Shown one piece after another: positions 1 to 11,915 of a DNA stretch of 20,000 bases; position 1 is the stretch's first letter, and each line of letters starts with the position of its first letter. Origin of the DNA: Halocafeteria seosinensis (lineage: Eukaryota). Made by a program: the position numbers and the translations under genes. The stretch covers positions 58,086 to 78,085 of the forward strand of contig LVLI01000138.1 of NCBI GenBank assembly GCA_001687465.1, given 5' to 3'. Below the pieces are notes generated by a model. That model searched no databases, was not told where the DNA came from, and was given only the letters and a program-made list of their open reading frames with translations.

Positions 1-232
1 TAGGCCGAGAATGTTTATGAACCATCAGTCATCACTGTGTCAGTGCTTATCTGTGTCAGCGGCACCATCAAGTAAGATTGGCAACTTCTTGTGTAGCTCG
101 ACGGGCCAACGGAGGCGCCCGCAATGGAGTTGCAGTAAGACTGTAACTCTAGGGATTGATAGTTTCAAGTATATCCCTAAAATCCAATACATACAGTATA
201 TTCCTTGATTGATTATTGTCGTAATCTTTGCC

Positions 233-1405
233 ATGGAAGACGAAGAGTACCAGTACGGCTATGGCGATGGCTATGAGCAGAAGAATGATCAAGACGAAGA
301 AGCAGATAACCCTTACGTTTGGGAACCACTTGACGGTATGCCAGTTCCAAGGTTTATGATTAAGCGCCGCATCCAAAACTAAAGCGCCATCCTGATGCGT
401 CTTCAGATATCACTTTGCACTTGTTGCATAAACTTTTGGTAGAAAACCATAGCACTGAGGACATGAAGGTGTTGTCACATAAGGCAAGGTAAGATGGCCA
501 CATACTGGCCAAAACCTGTATTGCAAATCAACCCGAATGTTTTGTGCTACTTTCGAGCACAGAACGAGTGAAAAACTTATGCAATCTTCGTTCGTTTATG
601 AAGAGCTGTCGTTTCACATTCTGGAGCAAGTCTTCGAGAAAGTGAGTTGGCCTTAATTTAAGGCATCATGAGGCTTTCAGCAATACTCGACTTATTGGCC
701 GTGCTATTACTGCAGATGAAAGAGTTTGGAGGATTTGAGAAGCGCGGTGGGACATTTGTCGACTTAGGAAGTGGAACTGGCAAAGTGGTATGTCAACGGC
801 CACTTGCCGTGATTGCTCGACATTGTAGGTGGAGCATGAAGACTATGTCCGACTAGTGCAGGTGCTTCATGCAGCTATGTTGCACCCATTCAAGAAATGC
901 ATTGGATTTGAGTGGCTGAAGCCTCTGCATAAGGCCGCTGTGGAAATGCAGGAAGTGTAAGAAGCGTTGGCGAAAACTCTTCTCATTGAAAGTGGAGTAT
1001 CCCCGAATCATGATGCAGGTTTGATAACAGCATACGTCCGGAGCTACCTGAAGAGTATCAGGGAGTCGAAATTGAGCTACGAAACGGAGACTTCCTGAGT
1101 AATCTCAATCAACTTTCAGGAGATGTGTGGTTCGCATTCAGTACACTCTACGAGGATGAGGTACGAGAATTGACGTGATATCAGACGGGAAGAATTCATC
1201 GCATACATGCTAGCATGATGCTACCGCCTTTCGTTCACAGACAATGGACCGCATAGCTCGAGCGGGCGAACATTTGGAGGTAGGAGCTTTCATTGTAACT
1301 TGTACGCGGCGAGTACCCAGCTACATGTTCAAAGTACTGAAAGAGATCGAATTTCAAACGAAGGACTCGAGCTTAACAGTCGTGCTGTCCCAAAAAATAT
1401 TCTAG
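233..1405 (+). CDS. DOT1-like class I SAM-dependent methyltransferase, 7 exons, 245 aa
   Basis: Hand-spliced exons 233-335, 407-488, 563-641, 716-787, 862-956, 1019-1160, 1241-1405. Six GT..CAG introns of 62-80 nt; frame continuous to TAG at 1403-1405. Motifs: SFVYEEL (DOT1 YGE position), FVDLGSGTGKVV (motif I), CIGFE (post-I acidic residue), NGDFL, DVWFAFST, FIVT. Acidic N-terminal tail. Confidence 0.85.
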
Positions 1406-1518
1406 ATTATCCGTGCATCAACATGATGCGAAGTATGGCAGCCACTAGAGCAGCCGAGAGCACAAGACAGTGGATTAAGCCTGTCTATTAAGCTGTGACA
1501 CTGGATCTATCAACATGC

Positions 1519-2233
1519 TTAGAGGCTAAGATCAATTTCAAAGCAAACAATTTCTTTCCCATCTTGGTCTTTGTAGGTGATAGAAGACTTAAGATCACCA
1601 TGAGGAAGGTCGCTTGGTACAGTTTGTTTTACTTTGCTATCAACTTGGCCGCTAAGGGGGCAAGGAGTCGGGCCATTTTTGAGATCTTTGCAGAGATCAT
1701 CAGTCTGGTCAACAACCGGGAATCCGTTCAGTTTAGCTTCGTAGACGGCTTTGCCACCCTCGACTTTGTGGTCTCCCAAGTCGTAGGACACGTGAAGTGT
1801 GTAATCGTCACCAGGCTTAGGGTTCGATGGACTCAGTGAAACTTGTACATCTTTGGCAATAGCCTGCAGAAAGAAGTTATTTCCGCATACCTACGCAATA
1901 TGGTAGTGAAACTGCGCTTTGCACTTACATTGTCCGAAGTGCAACTGGAAGCTCCGGTTAACTGATGCATGCGAACTTGGCTAGTCATGTGTTGACCCGC
2001 CGAGCGGACCGCATCGAATGTGTTTTTCGTCAAAGGATTATGGTTCGCCGACGCAATCTGCACGGAAAGTATATGAAACAGTGTAATACAACGCGGTTGA
2101 ACACCCCAGGACCCTCCGCAATGTAAGAGTGACAAAAACGCTACGAAGGGGCGTGCGAGGGGGTGTGGGGAATCTTCGCGCCACTTACCTGCGCGGCCGC
2201 CAGAACAGCCAGGAATCCGGTTAAGAGCTTCAT
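1519..2233 (-). CDS. Secreted ML-domain (MD-2-related lipid recognition; NPC2/PG-PI transfer protein-like) protein, paralog A, 172 aa
   Basis: Exons 2233-2189 (signal peptide MKLLTGFLAVLAAAQ), 2057-1929, 1863-1519, with GT-AG introns in phase 0. ML motifs SLSPSNPKPG, DDLC, PCPL, P..LPHG, GKEIVCFEI. Confidence 0.88.
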
Positions 2234-2750
2234 TTTTCTCCGTTGCGCCAAGGTGGAAATCAACGCTACTACACACACGCAGTGCAAAGATCCTCTTTTC
2301 TTTCTGTTCCTGAAACTTTACGTTGTCAACTCATGCAATGCCGCAATTACGATGCAAGGTGTGGAACAACAGCTCGGCTGACTACTTGAGTCACAGGTCG
2401 CACGATGTTCGAAGAAGAACTGAAGAGCCGGGAAATACTGGCCACATGAACAAAAGCTGGTTATCACATGCCGAGACCTCAGGATCCTCTGTGGTTATGC
2501 CCTTACAATGAACATGACGGTATTTTTTTGTGGATTGGCTGTTAATCTGATAAGAGTGGGCAATAGATCATGGGTTGCTACTCGGTAGTCAATTATTAGT
2601 GTCTTTGTCATATATGTACTCTTTTGTAAAAGTATATGATCCATCAAGATCCATACAATCGCAGCAGTACAGACATTGCAAAGCTTGTAACAAAACTAGA
2701 GAGCTAAAATAGAGTATGGGCATATACTGCGTTCAGTTGCACCAGTTAAT

Positions 2751-3593
2751 TTACAACTTAAGATCCACCTCAATACAGACGACTTCGTTTCCGCTTTGGT
2801 CAATGTACGTGATCGTGGAGTGCAAATTTCCATGGGGCAAGTCATCGGGAACGACATCGGTGGTGGTGCTGGAGACATGTCCAGTCAGAGGGCATGGGGT
2901 CTTTCCGTCTTTGAGATCCTCACACAAGTCATCGCTTTGGTTGACCACAGGGAATCCACCAAGAGTAGCATAGTATTTGGCTTTGCCTCCATCGACGACA
3001 GTATCTCCCAAATCATACGACACAGTCAAGCTGTAGGATTCTCCGGGGCCCGGGTTGGAGGGGCTCATGGACACCTCAACGTTGGTGGCGATCACCTGTC
3101 GAAATAGGGATTCTCAGCAATGTAATGCAGCTACAAAACTTGTCAAATAGATGAAATATCACCTACTTTGCTCTCATCGCAGGGTTTGGCGCCTGGTTGA
3201 AACTTGCCAACACGAAGGCTCTGGGCGCTTTGCACAGAGTTCGCCGTCAGCATGCTCAAAGCCTTGCGGTTCACAGGGGAGTGGCTAGCAGTAGCAGCCT
3301 GTAGTTCATTGTACAATAGAAGAAAAAAACAGCAATTGTTCGTGGGCGCGGGACAAAAATACGACAAAAAAGGTCCGAAGGGAGAAAATAGGGGAAGAGG
3401 GGGCAATATGCGGGGTCGGGACGGAACCAACGCTTCAGTTTGGCCAGATTCTCTTATTCACCACCAACGTACACACCTATTCGCAGAGAGAGACAGAGAG
3501 GAAGAAAAAACAGATACACACACTCTATGGAGATATATACATACGCACCTGTACCAAAAAGAGACAGGCTACGAGTCCGGTAATAAGCTTCAT
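2751..3593 (-). CDS. Secreted ML-domain (NPC2/PG-PI transfer protein-like) protein, paralog B, 173 aa
   Basis: Exons 3593-3549 (signal peptide MKLITGLVACLFLVQ), 3298-3167, 3095-2751. Same intron positions and phases as paralog A. Motifs SMSPSNPGPG, DDLC, PCPL, DLPHG, VVCIEV. Confidence 0.88.
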
Positions 3594-3896
3594 TTTCTCG
3601 GTTTACTTGGAGGGAGCGAAAACAGCGTATGACAGATACGTCACTGAATTATGTGTCTATAATTCTCTTCAAACGTCTCTAAAGCAACAAACAATGCCAT
3701 CTGATTGCGATAATAATTGAAAAGTTTGAAAACCCACCGACTTCAACTTGCGAGGTGCCCCAGGTTGAAGTTCTCACGGGTTGGAATCCAATCATACATG
3801 GTGTACGAAACTAGACATATTATGACTGGAAAAGGTCAGAACGTGTGTGTATTGTCATGAGAAAATTAGAGAAAGGAAATGCCCTGAGTTGAAGCA

Positions 3897-5793
3897 CTAA
3901 AGACCTAAGGATTCGATCTCGGATTTCAACGTGTCCGCGAGTTTCTGAGCACCTTCCTGATCCTTCGCTTCGGCATAGATGCGAACCACGTTTTCGGTAC
4001 CACTGGGACGAACGAATGCTCTTCCTTCAACAGTGTCTTTGACGAGTTCATCAATTTTAGCCTGAAGCTTTTCTGGCTTAACCAACCGAGTTTCGTCGCC
4101 CGTGGTCACATACTGGGTACGGTCTTGAACTGCCACCTTAGTTTGCACGCTGGGCAACTCAGTATACTCAGCCAGCCAGTCTTCAAGTCCCCAGTTCCGG
4201 TGAGTCAAGATGGTAAGAACCATGAGCATATCCGACAAAGCATCCCCTACGCACTGGTTGATAAGCTGCATGAAAGATAGCAGGCTCTTGGCAGCTTCTT
4301 GTACTGCGGGGTCCTCGCTGGTTGCTTTCTCGCGGATCAGCTGGGCTGCGGTATCATTGAAGAGCACAGTTCCATGCCCATTGGCTTCGAAATAGATTCC
4401 AATGTCAAAATCGAGTGCTTTATGATGCAAGTGCTTTACACCGGTTGGAGTTACCGCTACTGGAGTCTTGGCCTTCTCGTTGAGGTAGACGGTGGACTTC
4501 CCGTTGGCATACGCAGTTTGAACAACTCCAACTCGCAGTGCACCGGATTTGGAAGCCTCTTCGGCTCCAATGAGTTGAATTCGGCATTGACGGAGCAAAT
4601 CGGAAAAATGCACTGCGCAAAGAGTGGCAATTCGGTCTCCATCCAAGAGATGCCAATCCTTCTTCTCATCATAGAAATGAAACACAATTCGGTCCGCATC
4701 TCCATCGAATGAACACCACCATGTCCCTTTATGTTCTGCAACAAAAATAAGAAGGCGTTAACAAAAAAGTTAGTGAAGTAAGATTTGCATAAGGTGAATG
4801 GACAAAGAAAACAAGAAAGATCGTGACATACCGTCCGCATCTACACCCTTGGGAGGCTTGGAGTTCTTCTGGACAAATTCTGCCCCACAGCCTTCATTCA
4901 AATTGCCAGGATTCTTTTGATCAATAGGATTGTGCACTTCCAGATTGAAAGGTGGAGCATCGTAGATCTGTCTCAAGCGGGCTACCATAGGAAGCACAGC
5001 ATTGGCTCCAACTCCATGAGCACAATCCACATGGATGGTTTTCTGAGAAGATTCAGAGGGCAAGAGCTGTTTTACAGCATCGGCCAACATCGCCGTGTAT
5101 CCACTGACAGATGCTCTATCCAGCCAAGTCTTTCTCTCGTCCGCACGCAAGCTGCCAGAACGAGACAAGTTCATGGATCGAACAACATGGTGTAATTGGG
5201 GCGTCGTCACCGTCCCCAGATCAATGACATTCACTTTGAGAGCCTCCAAAATGTCTTTGATGAGCTTCTTAAGATGAGGAGTACTCTCTCGCGTGTCACC
5301 TCCAACAACAACGCTGGCCTTGGCAAAGCAGCCGGGGCGTATCCAAATCCGTTCCGCGTCTTCGATTTCTCGGAGAGCTTGGATCGTCTCCTCCACCGTC
5401 GGCACATTGGCCACCTTGGTAGCATACTGCACAACACACATTCCCCCTTTCAATTATAATAGAGTATGGAATGCAAGTGCATGGGTAGCCTACTTTCTCC
5501 CAGGATTGCTCCAGCATGCTTCCATGGACATCGACCATTTTCAAGCCATTATCTTGCGATGGGTTGTGGGAGGCCGTGATCATGATGCCCACAGCTTGGG
5601 ACATCTGTTGCAATGATCGGAGACTGCCTACGATAGCCATTCGAGCCGCTGCGGCGTCGAGATCCTCGGCAATCGTTCGAAAACCAGCTGTTCCGTAGGG
5701 GAGGCGCTTCCCGGACGCTGGGATAGGATACTCCTCCAGGATGCGCTTGCACGCATCATTAATTTCACCGTCGATATGTGATTGTTCTGCCAT
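3897..5793 (-). CDS. PGM3: Phosphoacetylglucosamine mutase (PGM3/AGM1), 3 exons, 577 aa
   Basis: Exons 5793-5494, 5426-4832, 4735-3897. Motifs YGTAGFR, ITASHNP (catalytic Ser), GGDTRES, TTPQLH, LNEGCGAEFV, SFDGDADR (metal loop), VVQTAYANG, GIYFEANGHGT, FVRPSGTE. Confidence 0.96.
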
Positions 5794-5881
5794 ATTATAT
5801 GCCCGTTCGAAAGATGTGTCGTCCGCCAATATACGTCAATCCAATTGAGAGCTAGAGTACAAAAGGAATCGATCCCGATCG
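5794..5881. promoter_or_regulatory. Putative bidirectional promoter region between PGM3 and the orphan gene
   Basis: Only 88 bp separate the divergent ATGs at 5793 (-) and 5882 (+). This depends on both start codons being correct. Confidence 0.45.
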
Positions 5882-7564
5882 ATGTGGTCGCTGAAATCCT
5901 TCACTTCCTCCATTTGCGTGGAGGACCCCGTCGAAATTCGCTCCGACTATTTCCAAGGCTGGATGCACAGGAGCAAGGAGGTCACGGGCATCACGGAGGC
6001 CATACACACGCAAACGAGTGTCTCATGGAATACGGCGAATCAGCCGACTATGGTCCATAACACGGGAGAGGAGACGTCGTGGTCCTCTCCAGCGGCCGCC
6101 GGAGCTGCCTCTCAATTACTCACTTCCTTCAGTCCCAGTGGAGGGGCTGCCGCTGCCGGTATTTCCACGATGGCACCCTTTGATGCTAACACGGACCCTC
6201 GTGCGTCGCCCACTGGATCGGCCGAGGACAAAGATAAACAGAGCGTGAATACGCAGCAGCATCAGGTTCCCGTAGGTTCCCCGTCAGCCTCCGTTGTAGG
6301 AGACTCGGGCGCAGTAGATGAAGACGTGGAAATCTACGAGCAACAAGCTATGGCAGACCAGTGGCGATTTTTGGATATCCATGAAGAGCAACTTCGAAAT
6401 GCTACCTTGTCTGATTCTTCCCTGCATCCTCCGTTGGAACGGCGTCAAAATGAGGAACTGATTCGAGCGTATTACAGCTTGGAATACGAAGTCGTAGCCC
6501 GAATTCTTACAGTTGGGAGAAGGAAAGGTAAGATATTGCTAGCCTGGGAAGAACGATTATGTTTGGTTGATTCATGTGGAAATTTTTCACGCAGACTTGG
6601 ATGAAATTCCTGAGGAAATGGACACTTCTCTCCTGTTTTGCAGGAGACAATACGACAATATCGCTCGAGTAATGCAATCTGTGGAATCTGAAAGTGGAAG
6701 CATGCATGAAACATTGGTGACTATGTCCCAGAGTTTCTTGAGTGGCTATGCTGATAATAACGGGTCTATCCAACTGACCACCACCAATCGAGCTGAATTC
6801 TACAGGAATTCTGTTGCTGACTGTTTGCAATCATTGTTTTCCTTCAACCGGAAACTTGCTCACGAGTATCTCGCCGTTATGTTCCTCTTTAAGCACAGGA
6901 TTAAGCCACTGGGACATGATTCCCAAGCATTGTAAGTACTCTCGACTTCCTTGCGAATTTGTTGACCGGCTCAGTGCCACAATGTTTGCAATGCAGTCTG
7001 GAAAGCATGCGATGTGGAGCATCGATGCTAACTCACTGGGGCAGTGTCCCTCTACGCTCTGAGCGGAGATATGTGGAAGGATCAGCTCCAAACATCCTAG
7101 AGTTTGACGAAACTCTGTGTGCAAACCTAAAGCAGATCTCCTCAGCCTTGCCGAAGAACAAGAAGGGGAAGAATGCATGGAAAACGAAGTATAAAGTAAG
7201 GGCAGACTGATTTCAAAGCGTAATTGTGGTAATTTATTACTTTACTTACAATGTGCAGTCATGTCTCTACAATGCTACTGGAGTAATACCTAGCGAGCTC
7301 GTTGGACAGTTGATCAATGTTGTCTGCAATTCTTCCAAAGAGCTGCTAGGACTTCATCGTCAGCTATTCGAGAGTTGTAACCTGGATAAAGAAATGCCCG
7401 AAACAACTAAAATTGATCAGGCCAAGGATCATATGTGTGCATTAGTTCAGACGATCGAAAACTGTGTTGCGTCCAAATTAGAAATGGGAAGGAGTGAGTT
7501 TAGGTCAGCCTTGGATAGGCTAGTTGGACCGGTAAAGGAGCTACTGTCCATAAGCGTAGCTTGA
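5882..7564 (+). CDS. Hypothetical protein, 4 exons, about 495 aa; low-complexity S/A/T-rich N-terminus, helical-looking C-terminus
   Basis: Exons 5882-6527, 6595-6931, 6997-7195, 7259-7564, joined in frame by three GTAAG..GCAG introns of 63-67 nt. No family motif recognised; the start codon is uncertain. Confidence 0.75.
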
Positions 7565-7712
7565 GATAGTAAACATACTGTGTACAAAGTGTGTTTGTTA
7601 GGCAGATATGTATGCTATTTATTATTCATCACATAGGTTTTGTTCAATCCAGATGAACGAATCCAGCAACACAAAACCGTTATTAATACGGAGATAATGG
7701 TTCAAGGGGAGT

Positions 7713-9037
7713 CTATGCGGACTCAATCTTGGAGACAGGTAATTCAGGAGCCCCTTCAACCTCATGGTAGAGACCCAAATTCCGCAAGATACCGAAAGTT
7801 ACCTTTTCTAAGTTTAGACTGTAGAAGTGAAGGCCCTTCGTACCGCCTTCCATCAGCATGCGGCAGATTTTCGTTCCGATTTCGACTCCTGCGGCGCGGA
7901 CTTCTTCCTCATCTTCTTTGATGGCATCGAGACGATCCCAGATCCACTGAGGGACTCGTGTTTTGCAGAACTCAGTCATTCTGCAGAATCCGCCGTAGTT
8001 CTGAACGAGCATAAGTCCTGGAATAATTGGGACATTGATTCCTTTCTTTCGGCAGTCTTTCACAAAAGTCAAAAACACTTGAGGATCGAAGAACATCTGG
8101 GTGATAATCATGGCTCCTCCGGCTTTTACTTTGCGGTGAAGATAGTCAATTTCCTTCTCGTAGTCTTCATCGGAGCAGACATACTTCTTGCCATTGCGCT
8201 CGACAAGGCGCCCTTTTTCAGCTTCAGAGAGACCTTCAATGCTGTCAATCTCCTTGATCACGTTCGGATGGCCTTCAGGGTACCCTGCAACACTGATACT
8301 GAAATAGTCTCCGTATTGCTTCTTAATGTGCTTGACCAAATCCAAAGCGCACGTGAAACCACCCTCGGTTGCTTTCCATTCCTCCTGACCTTTTGGCGGA
8401 TCTGGGTTGGTACAAAAATAAAATTTATCATTCAACATTATTATTGAACATTTTCATCGTGTATAACCAACATACCACCGCGAAGAGCGCAAATGTTGCG
8501 GATTCCAGCCTCTTTGAGTTCCTCCAAAGCCTTTGTCACCTTCTCTTGCTCCATATTCGTGCTGTCCCCAGACGTACATACAACAAGTATAACCATATGT
8601 GGGAGTTTTATGGTACAATGAGCATGACATACCATGTTAAATGCATATTTGTCTCCATTCCCACTTCCTGCATTTTTTTGGCAATTTGCACCGTCAAATC
8701 AGACGTCGATCCTCCAGCTCCCCACGTAATATCAGCATAGAGAGGCTCTGTGTAACATAATTATGCATATTTCATCTCTAGAACTCATAATAAGGAGCAT
8801 ACGGGCTACAAAAAAGTCACTCGGAACACTGTTCTCAAAGGGAGAAAAGCCTGGTTTCCCTCATCATTTACACCACTTACGTTGTGCATGCATGCGCCCA
8901 AAGCGGCTATACAGGTTTTCAACCCCTTTCTCGGTACGAGGAGGGAAATACTCGAAGGCAATATAGACTTCTCCATTGTCCTCCTTCTCCTGTACCCTTT
9001 GGGCCAACGATTTGTGTTCTTTTCCGTCAGACGGCAT
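7713..9037 (-). CDS. MTHFR: Methylenetetrahydrofolate reductase, catalytic domain only, 4 exons, 348 aa
   Basis: Exons 9037-8881, 8747-8633, 8561-8476, 8401-7713. Motifs [79 protein letters not shown]. Confidence 0.95.
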
Positions 9038-10577
9038 TATTGCTGGTGTATAATGACGTTTAATTGCTTTGTATGCCTTTAGAATTACCAACAAATGAGT
9101 AAAAGAGCTCTTAAAGAATGAAAAACAACAACTCTAAAGAAATCTGGAATATGGCAACGGGCTACAACAACTCGGAACATTCAAGTGACTCTGCCGGCCT
9201 GGCCCTTAACGTCGTGGGAAATACAAGGTAGCCTACAGCTACTAGCATGCAAGTACGTTGGATAGAAGTCGGGTGTTATTCTTTTATAGCCCTCTTTGTC
9301 AGAGATTCCCATAGTAAGTTGTTTGATGGCTGTACGTGTACAACGCATGAATCATGATTGTACAATGTACTGTAGTTTTCGCGTAGCTTCTCCGGAATTT
9401 GTTTCTCTTGTGGTTGAAATTAGCAGAATTGTTGATAGAAACAAATCGTTCAACAGAAAGAACAATTCTGCGCCCAGATCACGTACTGTAACTGATTTCC
9501 ACGATGCAGGGCAGAGGGACACTATCCCGTATCAGACATGACTTCGAAAACTCGGATGCTCTATATATTCCTGCATTAGCGCGTCATACCAGTTAGTTAG
9601 TAACGCCAATCACAGTATCCGCTAACGACTGTGCCTTGACTCTCTCTCATCCATCCCTCTCGGCAACCCTTCCACATGCGTCGGAGCTACCTCCATCTAT
9701 ACAGTATGGCATTCGCAGAATCACTCGGTAGCTTGGTTTGGGGATATCCACGTTCTGCACTACCGTATTCTGCACCAGTGATTTTAAATGAACTCGACGA
9801 TACAACAATCGCCGTCCCAACGGAATTTGGGCCAACCAAGTTGCCCAAGGCTCACAGGAAGTTCGAGACCAGTGGGCTATCTGTCACATATTATATATAT
9901 CACCCAGACTCATATATGGTTACCCAGCCAAGGGAAATACTAGCGTGTCCCATAAATCCGTCACGTTATGTACACATACCTGGAGAAAGGGACAATGTTG
10001 CAAACTCCTCGAGAGTCACCCTAAAGGCACCTAGTAGCGGGATGTTAGCAGGAATACCGACATTATCAAAATCAATATCTCACTTCATGGTAGACAATGT
10101 GGGAAAGCTTTCGCCGCGTGGGCATTTTCTGCTACGAACGACAACAAGGAGAAAACGTAGAGTTTTCTTCGACCCAGCCGTTGCGCCGCCAACCTAAGCA
10201 ACCTCAACCCTGAGGACGCGGGGTCATGCTACATGCAGCATACTATTGTTTGTAGGTAGTGAACTCCAGTACGATCTATCTGATGGTACCAGGACAAATC
10301 CTAGTACTAGAAAGTAATTTAGACGGCGTCTTAACTCCTACTAGCGTCCTAGGACAACATGTGTGTATTCCCAAGATCCTACGGAATCCGGCTACGGACG
10401 TGAGAGAGAAACAGCTACCGGCGGTGTGCTTTATCTGATAGCTCAGATATAGTAGAGTGTGGTCTCATTTATTACCATGACGATGGTATACGAGTGGTAC
10501 TTGGTACAAGGTGGCAGTGCCAAGAACGAGGCTGGTGACCGGTCATGAGCCCTTTTGTCTTCCACAACACATCCGAG

Positions 10578-11915
10578 TCAGTACTGGTAAGTTGTAACAC
10601 TTCTCTTTGCTCTATTTGCTGACAGGTCCGTGTAAAGAGCAGACGAGCATTGGAGCTGCCATCGCAACTTGGGATACGTTCCCAGCCTCGGAATACACCA
10701 ATATCTGCTTGGCCACTGGTGGGTACCATCTGACGTCTCGTAAAGCTTGCCTTCAATGTCCCCAAGATCCTTAGAATTCTTCACTACTCTGAGGGCGCTA
10801 CTGGCTGTCCCAGCAACATCGGTACCATTGAACACAGAATATTTTATCTCCACAAGTTGAGCGTCACTGTGTATTCGCCCAACCATAAATGATTGAAAGG
10901 GATGAGTCGATAGCATGTATACATTTCTAATCTTGACTATTCCTGCAGTATGACCAGTGCCGGCTCCACATATGCCACCAGAACTCTCTGAGTGAGCATA
11001 TCCGGTCGTGTAAGAGTTTATGATCTCAGCGAATCCATTATTTCCTGCCGTGTGACCCCCTGTCATTCCTCCAGCTGACGGCCCCGTTATATTGCCACTC
11101 GTAAAGCACTGAGAGATAAATGCGTACCCCGCATGTGCGTCGTTGTTTGGCATCCCGGCAAGAATTCCTCCACTATCTTTGCCACTTATTTCTCCGGTCG
11201 AGAATGACTCGTGAATATGCACAGTGCCGTTTGCGAATGCGGCAACCCAACCGCATATCCCTCCCGTTGTTGGCCCTGAGATCTCACCAGAGGAGGAGCA
11301 ACGTTTTATGCGAAGGGTGCCACCATTTCTAGCTGCTTGAGCTCCTGCGATACCACCAGCATTGTCTCCCGTTATATCTCCGCTACAGTGGGAGTGACTG
11401 ATTTCCGCTTCCCCATCATATCCTCCAGCTCCTCGCCCCACAATCCCACCGCTGCGTCTCCCTGATACGTTTCCGCTGCAACTGCAACGATACACATGGA
11501 AAAACTTCTGCAACTTCCGAACAAGGAACGCAGCCCCGCCAGAAGCAGTTTCACCACCCTGGAGTTTGATATTCGTTATCACGGGAGCTTCAGAGAATGA
11601 AGTAACATTTTCAAATGCGAATAGACCCTTAAACTGAGTTGCTCCAGTGAGGTCGATCAAATACCCAGCCCCATCGAACGTCTCATGCGGCCCCAACTTG
11701 ATGAATGTACCATTATTATACCCTCTTTCGAGCCAGATTATATTGCAGCGCTGTTCAAACATACGAACCTCCTGCTGGTATTGTATGCAGTTGTCTCCAC
11801 CATTTTGCCATAAGTGTCTGATGTCACTATCGTCGGCATGGACGACCCCTGTCAGTTGCAGAAGAAAAAGGTAAACCAAGCTAGTCACATATAATAAACT
11901 CCTGCGTATCTTCAT
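10578..11915 (-). CDS. Secreted GLUG-motif repeat protein, paralog 1, about 445 aa, no intron in the CDS
   Basis: Part of ORF 10578..12116. Likely start is MKIRRSLLYVTSLVYLFLLQLTGVVHA (signal peptide). Six ~31-aa repeats of the form I..(C/S).(S/T).G.I.G...GG(I/M).G. N- and C-terminal caps are shared with the paralog at 14536-15969. Confidence 0.8.
   Translation of the reverse strand: MKIRRSLLYVTSLVYLFLLQLTGVVHADDSDIRHLWQNGGDNCIQYQQEVRMFEQRCNIIWLERGYNNGTFIKLGPHETFDGAGYLIDLTGATQFKGLFAFENVTSFSEAPVITNIKLQGGETASGGAAFLVRKLQKFFHVYRCSCSGNVSGRRSGGIVGRGAGGYDGEAEISHSHCSGDITGDNAGGIAGAQAARNGGTLRIKRCSSSGEISGPTTGGICGWVAAFANGTVHIHESFSTGEISGKDSGGILAGMPNNDAHAGYAFISQCFTSGNITGPSAGGMTGGHTAGNNGFAEIINSYTTGYAHSESSGGICGAGTGHTAGIVKIRNVYMLSTHPFQSFMVGRIHSDAQLVEIKYSVFNGTDVAGTASSALRVVKNSKDLGDIEGKLYETSDGTHQWPSRYWCIPRLGTYPKLRWQLQCSSALYTDLSANRAKRSVTTYQY

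Noticed and set aside
3480..3548. GA/CA/TA dinucleotide runs
   Set aside because: Short, imperfect low-complexity sequence inside an intron of ML paralog B.
7827..8447. Long antisense ORFs over MTHFR, PGM3, ML and GLUG genes
   Set aside because: Shadow frames of real coding sequence on the opposite strand.
9676..10197. 173-aa plus-strand ORF
   Set aside because: No recognisable motif, signal or splice support; the opposite strand has better splice signals.
10295..10360. CTAG-rich palindromes resembling a Helitron 3' end
   Set aside because: The hairpin is weak, CTAG is not followed by T, and no matching 5' end or helicase remnant was found.
10435..10580. Reading frame stays open about 44 codons past the GLUG-1 TGA (possible readthrough or selenocysteine)
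   Set aside because: The length is compatible with chance, no SECIS was recognised, and the extension does not resemble paralog 2.
10587..10625. Intron-like GTAAGT...CTGACAG on the plus strand
   Set aside because: Only 39 nt, shorter than all supported introns, antisense to a CDS and without flanking coding exons.
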